From a virus (Duplodnaviria; Caudoviricetes), in IMG/VR virus record IMGVR_UViG_3300025389_001023, positions 32,001 to 96,000 of that record: a stretch of DNA of 64,000 nucleotides; one strand, given 5' to 3'. This document shows, one piece after another, positions 55,709 to 64,000 of this stretch; positions within the stretch are counted from its first letter, which is position 1, and each line of letters opens with the position of its first letter. Under the pieces are notes generated by a model that was given only the letters and a program-made list of their open reading frames with translations, had not been told where the DNA came from and searched no databases. The position numbers and the translations under genes were made by a program.

Positions 55709-58045
55709 TTAAGTGTGTTCACCCACACTTGGAAAATACGTAACAAATTTATCATTATTATTTGGTCTCATAAATTTAATTTTTTTATAAATTTCATTAA
55801 AGAAATTCCATGCCAATACTACAATAATTAAATCATCTGTCTCTTGTGTTAATATGCTACTATTTTGCACGGGAATATTACTACCAGGGCATAATAATCC
55901 TTGCTTTAATGGATTATCGTCAACGATATAATCTAATTTTAATTTTCCGGCGTTTATAACAGTCATACCTTTAGCGGCAGCTCCATAACCTATGATTTTT
56001 TTACCTTGATTTCTATCAATATACAATTGTATATCATTCAAACACTTTATAGCATTATCTCTGTATTTGTCGTAAAATTCTCGATTATATCTGTAATTTT
56101 CTGCATTAACAGCATCGTCTACCATTGCATTTCTATTGTCCGTTTTTTGTATTCGGAAACTATAGCTTTTACCATGAACATTTGGTTTAAACACATGATT
56201 TAAATATAATCCGGCACGTTCAACTGCAACTTTCATACTATTAATACTAAAATAACTAATATGCTCATGATAAATTGTATCAAATTCATTATTATCAAAC
56301 ATTTCTGCTTGACTGGTTTCTATTATTAAAGTAGAAGAATAATGCATAACTTTAATACATGCTTCTAAAAATTTATCAATATCAGCAGTATGTGCAAATA
56401 CATTTTGTGCTATAATAAGATCAAACTTAGGTAATTTTTCTGCAACGTCAGTACTCCAATAATCACATATTACATTATGACCTTTAGCTGTGCTAATTGG
56501 ATGTAAATTTTCTGCTGGGTCTACACCAAATGTTATCCAACCTCTGTCTTTAAAACTATCTAATAGTGTACCGTCATTACATGCAATATCTAAAACTTTT
56601 CCAGCTGTTCTACTGTGACTTACAAATTGGTCTGCAAACCAATCAAAGTATTCTTTCAATGTTTTGCTGGTACCACTTACATACAAATAGTTTTTGAATA
56701 GTATGTCAGGATTTACTGCAATATTTAATTGTGTGTGCCAACATGTATCACACCCCATGAGTAACAATTCATATTCTTCTAACAATTCATCAGGTTTATG
56801 AAAACTATTTGCCAGCGGTTGTTTTCCTAAATCCAATACAACAAATAAATGAGGACTACCACAGCATAAACAATTGTATAATCTTTTATATGATTCTTTG
56901 GGTACAGTTTTTTCTATTAATGCTCTAAAAGTTGGTGAAAAAGTACGTTCAACAACTACAGATATATTTTCTACTACAGGCTCTGCAATTGCATCAAACA
57001 ACACACCAAAATTTTCTACGTTATCATTTGGTGTTTCAGTTTCAGGTTCAATAATTTTTGGTTCAACAATTTGTTCTATAACAGTTTCTATAACAGGTTC
57101 TATTACTGTTTCAACCACATGTGTGATTGGAGGAACAGGCAATTGCTGGTTAACTAAAGAATCTCTAATACTCCATTTAATGGAATCATAATTATTATTA
57201 ATATCATCAATAATGTTGTCTGGTTTGTCGTTAAAAGCGAAATTAAATTTTGTTATAAATTTATTACAGTCTAATTCAAAACTAAACAAGTTGGTAATTT
57301 TTGATTCAAATTGTACTGGTACATCAAATTTTTTACCTACTATATTAGCAAAATTTTCTATTGTATTACTAAAACTTGCAAGATTAAAAATCTCATGTTT
57401 GGTATCTATCACATGCGTATTTTTTATTAAAGTTTCTATTGCTCTTGCACAATCATTAATACCTAAAATACTTCTGCGATTTACACCATTAAAACAAATG
57501 ATATTTTTATTTGTCTTTGCACTAATCGTCATTGCATTTAACATTAAATCTGCTCTGGCATATTCGGTATATCCATTTACAGTTCCAAAACGTAAACCTA
57601 TTGTTCTACATAATGCACCTGTTGCCATTTTTTCAATAATTTGTTTTGACAAGTCATATTCTAATTTTGGAGAAGATAATGCACTTGATTCTTGTCTACT
57701 TACACCACCAAAACCATATACACTACCACTACTTGCATATATTAGTGTATGATTTTCTGAAAGTTTACCTATTAAATTTGCAAATCTAATAACATTATTT
57801 CCCCATGCATTTTCATGGTTGTCGGTACACATTGCAACAGAACTATGTGCGGCTAATAAAATAATATGCGTATATTTACTATAAAACTCTTTGTCCAGCA
57901 AATCATAATCCATATTATATTCTGGTATGGGTCCACCAAACATTGTCCAATCAACTGTTGTTACATTGTAATTTAACTTTTGTAAATGTTTATATAAAAA
58001 GCTACCTATGTAACCACTAGAACCTATAATTAAAACGTTAGACAT
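55709..58045 (-). CDS. Fusion of an NAD-dependent epimerase/dehydratase and an NDP-sugar C-methyltransferase
   Basis: GSSGYIG and YDLSK; then CLCC...LDLGKQPLAN...CDTC, LDIACNDG, YHEHISYF, GYGAAAKG, LAWNF. Confidence 0.85.
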   Translation of the reverse strand: MSNVLIIGSSGYIGSFLYKHLQKLNYNVTTVDWTMFGGPIPEYNMDYDLLDKEFYSKYTHIILLAAHSSVAMCTDNHENAWGNNVIRFANLIGKLSENHTLIYASSGSVYGFGGVSRQESSALSSPKLEYDLSKQIIEKMATGALCRTIGLRFGTVNGYTEYARADLMLNAMTISAKTNKNIICFNGVNRRSILGINDCARAIETLIKNTHVIDTKHEIFNLASFSNTIENFANIVGKKFDVPVQFESKITNLFSFELDCNKFITKFNFAFNDKPDNIIDDINNNYDSIKWSIRDSLVNQQLPVPPITHVVETVIEPVIETVIEQIVEPKIIEPETETPNDNVENFGVLFDAIAEPVVENISVVVERTFSPTFRALIEKTVPKESYKRLYNCLCCGSPHLFVVLDLGKQPLANSFHKPDELLEEYELLLMGCDTCWHTQLNIAVNPDILFKNYLYVSGTSKTLKEYFDWFADQFVSHSRTAGKVLDIACNDGTLLDSFKDRGWITFGVDPAENLHPISTAKGHNVICDYWSTDVAEKLPKFDLIIAQNVFAHTADIDKFLEACIKVMHYSSTLIIETSQAEMFDNNEFDTIYHEHISYFSINSMKVAVERAGLYLNHVFKPNVHGKSYSFRIQKTDNRNAMVDDAVNAENYRYNREFYDKYRDNAIKCLNDIQLYIDRNQGKKIIGYGAAAKGMTVINAGKLKLDYIVDDNPLKQGLLCPGSNIPVQNSSILTQETDDLIIVVLAWNFFNEIYKKIKFMRPNNNDKFVTYFPSVGEHT

Positions 58046-59000
58046 TTTTTTTTAAATTGTTAATATAAAATTTGTTGACTTCGTATTCCACTGGATATGG
58101 CATTTGATTTACATTTATATTTCTATGTGGATCTAATGGTCTATGATGTACATACATTGATTTATAGCTCATTTCACCAGGCTTCAAATATGTTTCTGTT
58201 TTAATCCATGGTGTTAGTCCCCATATATGGTGACCGCCAAGGAACATATAATACCCTGTTTTAGCATCAATGTTAAGTGTTGGCGGAGCCCATTTCTTTT
58301 TAAAGTATTCCCAGTTATATTTAAACCATTGGTCATGTTCACCTGAGCGATTACTAAATGAATGGTACGTGTATATTTTGCAAGTTTTACCACCTTCTGT
58401 TTGTACTAAATCTTCTTCTGGATAGTAGTCATTTAATAAATTGTGCGGTATTGCTGGATATTTATTAAAGATGCTTGTCATTCTACGCCACAAGTCTATG
58501 CTTTCAAAATGTGTTACTGTAAAATTTTCATCACACAAATAATTGTTTTCTATAAAAAAGTTTGGGTCCAGACTAAAGAATTGTCCTACATCACCACATA
58601 GATTTCCTTCAGTCCAACAGTTTCTAGGTTGATTAGGCCAATACACAAAATCGTGAGAATCCCATGGTATACCGTTATATTGAACAAATAAATTTTTTAT
58701 TGTTGTTGGTTCATGGACAAACACATCTGCTTGTAGGACTGCAATTCTAGGTGCTTTTAGTAATTGTCCTACACGTAAAAACCAATTATATCCACCCGTA
58801 GTACCTAAATTGTTTTCACTACGATGATATATTGAATTGGTTTGTATTGCCCAATCTCTGACAACATCTTGGTTACCATTGTCTAGTATAATAATTTGAT
58901 ATTCCCCGCTAGGAAAATATTTTTCATAATCATTTACATTATAATATTCTACCCAACGGTCACCTTCTGAGTATGTAAGTATAAAAATTGTTTTTTTCAT
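58038..59000 (-). CDS. GT-A (GT2-like) glycosyltransferase
   Basis: IIILDNG, ENNLGTTGGYN, QAD, DENF...ESIDL. Confidence 0.65.
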   Translation of the reverse strand: MKKTIFILTYSEGDRWVEYYNVNDYEKYFPSGEYQIIILDNGNQDVVRDWAIQTNSIYHRSENNLGTTGGYNWFLRVGQLLKAPRIAVLQADVFVHEPTTIKNLFVQYNGIPWDSHDFVYWPNQPRNCWTEGNLCGDVGQFFSLDPNFFIENNYLCDENFTVTHFESIDLWRRMTSIFNKYPAIPHNLLNDYYPEEDLVQTEGGKTCKIYTYHSFSNRSGEHDQWFKYNWEYFKKKWAPPTLNIDAKTGYYMFLGGHHIWGLTPWIKTETYLKPGEMSYKSMYVHHRPLDPHRNINVNQMPYPVEYEVNKFYINNLKKNV

Positions 59001-59012
59001 TTAGATATTTAA

Positions 59013-59053
59013 CAAAAAACCCGCCCACCTAAAAAATTAGAGTGAGCGGGTTA
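59013..59053 (-). terminator. Intrinsic terminator
   Basis: AACCCGCTCAC...GTGGGCGGGTT stem followed by TTTT on the minus strand. Confidence 0.7.
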
Positions 59054-59070
59054 CCACAAAAAACTTTTAA

Positions 59071-60000
59071 TTAGGCGACTTCATTGCCGTTTTGGTCAAC
59101 AAGTTTCATGCCTTGTGCTTTCTTAGCGTCTAAGAACATAGGTCCAATTGTGTTCATCAAGTGTTCTTGGTTCTCCATACAGAAAACATAACTACCACTG
59201 TGACGTAACAATACACGTTTATCAACGTAAATCTTACCACCTAAGTCACGCCAGTTTTCACAGAATGTCCAGTCTTCACTATAGTAACGGTTCTGACGAA
59301 CTGCTGTATCAAAATATGTCTTCAAGTATTGATCGTACTTTGGATCTAACCCAATGTCGTTCTTGTATTGCTTAACAGCTGGGTGACTGTTCATTTTAGC
59401 AAACACATGTTTCTTCATCAACAAGAAACCTGTACCAGCTTTACTTACTTCTTGGAATCCATCTGGTCCTTCTTCAGCACCTTCAAATCCGTTAACTACC
59501 CACTTGATAGGCATAGTCTTCATTGGGTATAGACCAGCGATAACGTCAACGTTACGATTTAACAATACCAATAAGTGCCATGGTTCCCAACCAATGTCAG
59601 CATCAACAAAGAATAAGTGTGTTGCTTCAGGCATATCCAAAAACTTTGCAGTTAATGTGTTACGGGCACGACTGATTAAACTTTCGTTTACCATTGTTTC
59701 CAATGTCCAGTCAATGTTTAATTGACGGGCTGTGTTAGCCCACTTGATAAAACTCATGAATGTTGATTCAGTCAACATACCACCATAACATGGCATAGCG
59801 ATATGCACTTTGGTTGTACGTAAGAAATCAACGTTTACTTGAACTTGACCTTGTTGTGGGGCTTGTTGGTCACCTTGTGCTGGTGTTGCATTAGCGTCAG
59901 GTGTTGCGTTTTCTTGTGCAGGTTGAGCCTGCATGTCTTGTACAATTTCTTGTAACTGTTCTACTGGAACAGATTTTTCAGCTTTTTTCTTTGTTGCCAT
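59071..60000 (-). CDS. GT-A fold glycosyltransferase-like protein
   Basis: IAMPCYGG, ESLISRARN, FVDADI, GTGFLL, SEDWTFC. Confidence 0.75.
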   Translation of the reverse strand: MATKKKAEKSVPVEQLQEIVQDMQAQPAQENATPDANATPAQGDQQAPQQGQVQVNVDFLRTTKVHIAMPCYGGMLTESTFMSFIKWANTARQLNIDWTLETMVNESLISRARNTLTAKFLDMPEATHLFFVDADIGWEPWHLLVLLNRNVDVIAGLYPMKTMPIKWVVNGFEGAEEGPDGFQEVSKAGTGFLLMKKHVFAKMNSHPAVKQYKNDIGLDPKYDQYLKTYFDTAVRQNRYYSEDWTFCENWRDLGGKIYVDKRVLLRHSGSYVFCMENQEHLMNTIGPMFLDAKKAQGMKLVDQNGNEVA

Positions 60001-60051
60001 GTTTTCCTCTTGTTAAGATAGTAATATTTACTATCTGAGGAGCATGTCAAA

Positions 60052-61548
60052 TTATTTTTCTTCGAGATAATCAGCACTTTCGGTGATATTACTTTCATTG
60101 GTCATTGCAACCAAATGTCTGCCGTTATCATCACGTTTAGTCATATTATACTCTTGTTCATATGTACCGGGGAAGGGTAAACCTTTTCCACCACCTGTAT
60201 GAAATTCTTCTGTCATGGTCTTACTGGCTTTATCCAACATACCGTTTTGTTTAGCCGCCTGCAATTGCACAATCTCATCATGCGTCATAACAGAACTTAG
60301 TGGTTTACCTTGTTTTCTTGCTACAAGTGCTTTTCTTAGTAATAACGCTATAGCCGCAAGTTTATCTTCATATTCTTTTTTGCGTTTATCCATAGTCATA
60401 TTGTAATCACCTAAACCGTGAAATACTTCTTGCTTTTGAGGTGTGTTGTCCATTTGTTTAGCAAAGTAATCACGCATACCAGCTAATTGACCTTCTGTTA
60501 ATCCTGCGGCTGCGATACCTGTACCAATACCTGCACTTGCTAATGTATACTTAATTGTATCAGCCCAATTCTTACCATTGATACGTGAAACTACAGTAGG
60601 GATAACTGTGTTTAATATTGCTTGTAATAACAAGTTTGTTTGTGCAGGATTTAATCCCATCTTTTGTGATGTAGATAAAATTCCACCTGCAAGTAAAGCA
60701 CCAACTGTAGTAACAATACCACCTTGAATATATGGATTTTCTTTACCTTTTTTGAATATATCAACTAGTGTTCTACGTACTTCAGGGCTATCAGTCTTGT
60801 GCAATAATTCACGTGCTTTATCTGCGTAGTCATCTACTTTTTCTTTATGAATATCATGTACAACTGGCTTATAGAATTGTATAACTGTTTTAGTCAATGG
60901 ATCAATACTTGCATCTTCTTCTAATGGTTCTATTGTAGCGCCCATTTTCATTTTTTCAGTTACAGCCTGACCCATTACGCTATCATATATTTTAACAATA
61001 CTCTGCGCTAATTTAGTATTCTTTGCGGCAGCAGGATATAAACTCATTACCATTGCTAGTTTGCGTTTTTCATTTAGTTTAGGCCATGCATTGCGAATCT
61101 CTGTTGCACTTGTGATGCCAGGACCAAACTCTACAGTTGGTAGATATGCTAAGTATGCATGTTTACTAAATGGTTGCATGTTTTTACCTGTATAGGGTTG
61201 AAAGTATGCAAGACTACCATCTTTCTTTTTACCACCTGGCTTAGGTTCTTCGTTACGATCCTTTTCGCTACGCACAAATACCAATACATCTTTATCAGGA
61301 TCATAATTGTCTGTGATTTCATTAGGTCTAAAAGGACTTTTAACTTGTACAAAATGACCTGCAGGAACTCCTGATGCTTTTGCTAATTTTTCTTTTACTT
61401 TGAAGGGAAAAGGTCTTTCACTTGTGTCGTTACTTGCGGCTACATATATATCAGCACCTGGAAAGGCTTTCACAGCACTTTGATATAGAGCCATGTGACC
61501 TGCATGAAATGGATGAAAGCCTCCCGGCATAACGACTATTGTACTCAT
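60052..61548 (-). CDS. HIGH-family nucleotidyltransferase (cytidylyltransferase-like) with C-terminal modules
   Basis: PGGFHPFHAGH, SATEIR. Confidence 0.7.
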   Translation of the reverse strand: MSTIVVMPGGFHPFHAGHMALYQSAVKAFPGADIYVAASNDTSERPFPFKVKEKLAKASGVPAGHFVQVKSPFRPNEITDNYDPDKDVLVFVRSEKDRNEEPKPGGKKKDGSLAYFQPYTGKNMQPFSKHAYLAYLPTVEFGPGITSATEIRNAWPKLNEKRKLAMVMSLYPAAAKNTKLAQSIVKIYDSVMGQAVTEKMKMGATIEPLEEDASIDPLTKTVIQFYKPVVHDIHKEKVDDYADKARELLHKTDSPEVRRTLVDIFKKGKENPYIQGGIVTTVGALLAGGILSTSQKMGLNPAQTNLLLQAILNTVIPTVVSRINGKNWADTIKYTLASAGIGTGIAAAGLTEGQLAGMRDYFAKQMDNTPQKQEVFHGLGDYNMTMDKRKKEYEDKLAAIALLLRKALVARKQGKPLSSVMTHDEIVQLQAAKQNGMLDKASKTMTEEFHTGGGKGLPFPGTYEQEYNMTKRDDNGRHLVAMTNESNITESADYLEEK

Positions 61549-62006
61549 TTTGCGTTCGATGTATCGTAAGTTTGATTAAAAATATCTTTTTTCACAGCAC
61601 CATAATCACCTGCACCATGACGAACAATATAATCATTGCCCGCAGTATATGCTAAGTCTCCCCATGATGTATGTAGTGTACCATCGTGGTCTGCTAACTT
61701 AGCAATTTTCATAATCTTTTTAGGTGTGCATTTACCGTCACCTAAATCATCTTTTAATGCGTTAAACTTTTCAGGACTGATAGGATATTTTTCACCTTTT
61801 GGACCAGTCATAATATAATGACCTTTATCATATCCTACAGGTCCTTCTAATGTTTCAATTGTGCCAGGACGCTGTGCAATCTCATATTTTTCAACTGCAG
61901 GCTTTTTGTATGTTTGAAATGAACCAGACTTAAACCAGTCATCATTAACTGGTCCTGCGTTTTCATTTAAAACATCAATATATCTTCTAAAGAATCTTGA
62001 ATCCAT
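61545..62006 (-). CDS. PGDYG-like protein
   Basis: TLEG...GPKGEKYPI, GAGDYGAV..DIF..TY. Confidence 0.6.
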   Translation of the reverse strand: MDSRFFRRYIDVLNENAGPVNDDWFKSGSFQTYKKPAVEKYEIAQRPGTIETLEGPVGYDKGHYIMTGPKGEKYPISPEKFNALKDDLGDGKCTPKKIMKIAKLADHDGTLHTSWGDLAYTAGNDYIVRHGAGDYGAVKKDIFNQTYDTSNAK

Positions 62007-62015
62007 GATTAGTCC

Positions 62016-62411
62016 TTAGTAGCTTAGTTTAACAAAATTAACCACACCACCTTGAAAATCTTGTACAACTGCACGTAAGTACACAAAGTTTCCAACTATA
62101 TTGGTATATACACTTGCGTTTGAATTTGCAAATGGGTCTGAACTACTACTTGAATTTGCGTTGGCATCTAGTTCATATACATTAAACCATTGAGTATCGT
62201 CACCTACAACAATAGGATTGTTCAATGATGCTTGAATGAATACATTTCCTGTACAGTTACTTAAATTAATATTAACTGTTTGTAAATCTTTGTTACCTAA
62301 ATAGTAACTAGCCGCTGGCTGAGGATCACCCACAACATTGTAGGGTGCACCGTTACCAGAGTTATTATATGCAGTTTGCGGTAATAGTATAAGTGTAGTG
62401 GTTTGGCTCAT
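62016..62411 (-). CDS. Hypothetical beta-rich protein, possibly a virion protein
   Basis: IQASL...W...GNFVYLRA. Confidence 0.55.
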   Translation of the reverse strand: MSQTTTLILLPQTAYNNSGNGAPYNVVGDPQPAASYYLGNKDLQTVNINLSNCTGNVFIQASLNNPIVVGDDTQWFNVYELDANANSSSSSDPFANSNASVYTNIVGNFVYLRAVVQDFQGGVVNFVKLSY

Positions 62412-62578
62412 TATGCTTTCTCCACTTCAACAATGGCACTAGTGCCTACTAATTCTTGTGCAACTTGCTCTAATGCTTGTTGCATATCACTATCAACGAT
62501 TGAGGAAACTTCAGTTTCAGATTCCTTAACAATTCTGCTGAATTTAATGATTACAACATCTTCTATAATTTTCGCCAT
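62411..62578 (-). CDS. Small hypothetical protein
   Basis: Manual translation MAKIIEDVVIIKFSRIVK...VEVEKA*; GGAG RBS and GATAAATA upstream. Confidence 0.6.
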   Translation of the reverse strand: MAKIIEDVVIIKFSRIVKESETEVSSIVDSDMQQALEQVAQELVGTSAIVEVEKA

Positions 62579-62608
62579 AAATACTCCATTGATAGAGTAT
62601 TTATCATA

Positions 62609-63328
62609 TTAAACTGTAACTGGGCGTTTTTCCAATTTGAACTTTCTGCCAAAATAACCACCGCTAACCATGAGAAATAGATAGCTTAACATGCTTTCAT
62701 CATTGTAGTCAATAAAATGACTGGCATGACTAAAATGATATTTCCATACCATTGGTGATATTCTTGCATCCAACAACCAATTTTGCAACGCCTTACTTGG
62801 GTGCAAATTTTTAGAATTGTTTAGTGCTGACGCTAGATTATCTACAAAATCTTTGTCTATTCTTTTACTTTTTAAGTATATTCTATATTTGTACTCTGGA
62901 TCTTTGATAAAATATTTTGTATCTAATAACTGATTAGCTACAGCTTTTGTATATGCGTAATCTATTTTAGAATCAATTGTTTCAATAGTTTTCAACAATG
63001 GCAAATCATTGGAGAATATTGACACGGTGTTATGTTCTATACGTACAATAATAGTTTTATTAGGTTTATGAAGGTTACGCCATTCAATATATTTTTCTAA
63101 TGTACCTTTATTTTTACGTGCCTCAATAATACTTGCTTTACCAATATATTGGTTTCTATCATAGAGGTTATCATATAACTCTTGTGGTGTGTTTGAGTAC
63201 CAAGTATACCTGCTACCTTTTAATTCAAATCGAACACGGTATAGAAATTTATTGTAATATAGTTGGTCTCTATATTCAAGAAAATCTATACCTGTTTCAT
63301 TAGTTGACTTCAATAATGCCATCGTCAT
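62609..63328 (-). CDS. Hypothetical protein
   Basis: 239-aa ORF overlapping the end of clpA. Confidence 0.6.
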   Translation of the reverse strand: MTMALLKSTNETGIDFLEYRDQLYYNKFLYRVRFELKGSRYTWYSNTPQELYDNLYDRNQYIGKASIIEARKNKGTLEKYIEWRNLHKPNKTIIVRIEHNTVSIFSNDLPLLKTIETIDSKIDYAYTKAVANQLLDTKYFIKDPEYKYRIYLKSKRIDKDFVDNLASALNNSKNLHPSKALQNWLLDARISPMVWKYHFSHASHFIDYNDESMLSYLFLMVSGGYFGRKFKLEKRPVTV

Positions 63329-64000
63329 TTACTGTTGCTGTTAATTTTTGTGTTACATTAAATTCAATTGTATCGTTATTCAATACAGCAGTAATGTTGC
63401 TGTTTTTAATTTTCTCAAACAATACTTTTTTACTCAATGGTACACGAATTAATTCATCAATTTTGCGGGCTAGTGGTCTTGCACCCATCTTTTTATCATA
63501 TCCCTTGTCTGCCAAATACTCAACAACAGGTTCTGTGAAGTTTAGTGTGATATTGTGTTTATCCAACAAACTCTTTTTCAACTCATCGGTAAACTTAATA
63601 ACAATTTTCTTAATTGCCAACATATCAAGTTTACCAAACTTACACACTAAATCAAGACGATTTCTAAATTCTGGCTTAAAGAATTCTTTCAATGCTTTAT
63701 CATCTTCACCTTGTTTTTCTTGACTACCAAAACCAATATTATTACGCTCACTATCAGTACTACCCAAATTACTTGTTAAAATAATAATGCAGTTTTTGCA
63801 ATTGACTTCTTTACCATTGCTACCTGTAATGCGTCCTTCATCTAACATTTGTAAAAAGATGTTAAAGATATCAGGGTGTGCCTTTTCAACTTCATCAAAC
63901 AATAACACAGCATGTGGGTTCTTGCTTAAGTCATTAATCAAACGTCCACCTGATACTTGACTATCACCAAAACCAACATAGCCTGGGGGAGGTCCAATTA
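63300..64000 (-). CDS. clpA: ClpA/ClpB-family AAA+ ATPase, C-terminal part (partial, frame open to the right edge)
   Basis: IGPPPGYVGF, FDEVEKAHPD, TSNLG, IGF loop, PEFRNRLD, MGARPL. Confidence 0.9.
   Translation of the reverse strand, partial: IGPPPGYVGFGDSQVSGGRLINDLSKNPHAVLLFDEVEKAHPDIFNIFLQMLDEGRITGSNGKEVNCKNCIIILTSNLGSTDSERNNIGFGSQEKQGEDDKALKEFFKPEFRNRLDLVCKFGKLDMLAIKKIVIKFTDELKKSLLDKHNITLNFTEPVVEYLADKGYDKKMGARPLARKIDELIRVPLSKKVLFEKIKNSNITAVLNNDTIEFNVTQKLTATVNDDGIIEVN

Noticed and set aside
1333-63723. The many short plus-strand ORFs in the track
   Set aside because: They are antisense shadows of well-supported minus-strand genes. Only 16505-16993, 22134-23408 and 46841-47578 are accepted on the plus strand.
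1-64000. Stop-codon reassignment, as seen in some jumbo phages
   Set aside because: Core genes are intact and tightly packed under the standard code, and TAA, TGA and occasional TAG all act as stops.

Overview
This AT-rich, densely coding 64 kb window has almost all genes on the minus strand and looks like part of a large T4-like (jumbo) lytic phage genome. Support: family B DNA polymerase, probable sliding clamp, T4 RNase H-like nuclease, ATP-dependent DNA ligase, sigma70-type promoters ahead of replication and early genes, and recurrent (G/T)ATAAATA or CTAAATA T4-late-type promoters. The host may be a proteobacterium (inference only). Main blocks: (1) partial clpX at the left edge and partial clpA at the right edge. 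(2) An array of small paralogous 'MNER...FAELIV.EC...HFGVEE' cassettes joined by an exact 29-bp repeat (4.8-6.8 kb). (3) A 7-deazaguanine DNA-modification cluster (DpdA-like transglycosylase, a second T-fold protein, folE, queD, queE; no queC or queF in the window) interleaved with two GT-B glycosyltransferases, a cytidylyltransferase, an APS-kinase-like enzyme and a GalE-like epimerase (23.4-34.3 kb), with a candidate pseudoknot riboswitch in the queD leader. (4) A GC-rich candidate structured RNA at about 39.75-39.84 kb. (5) An unexplained operon: ferritin-like diiron protein, glutamine amidotransferase, TctA, TctC, two sulfotransferase-like proteins, a 2OG-Fe(II) oxygenase and a deaminase, with a divergent methyltransferase (39.8-47.6 kb). 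(6) Putative head-cargo proteins with T4 capsid-targeting-like N-termini, including mosaic proteins whose modules are bounded by an exact 20-bp KQGVAEG-coding repeat (49-56 kb). (7) A sugar-modification and glycosyltransferase block (55.7-61.5 kb). No tRNA, rRNA or CRISPR array was seen. All calls come from motif recognition by eye; no database searches were run.
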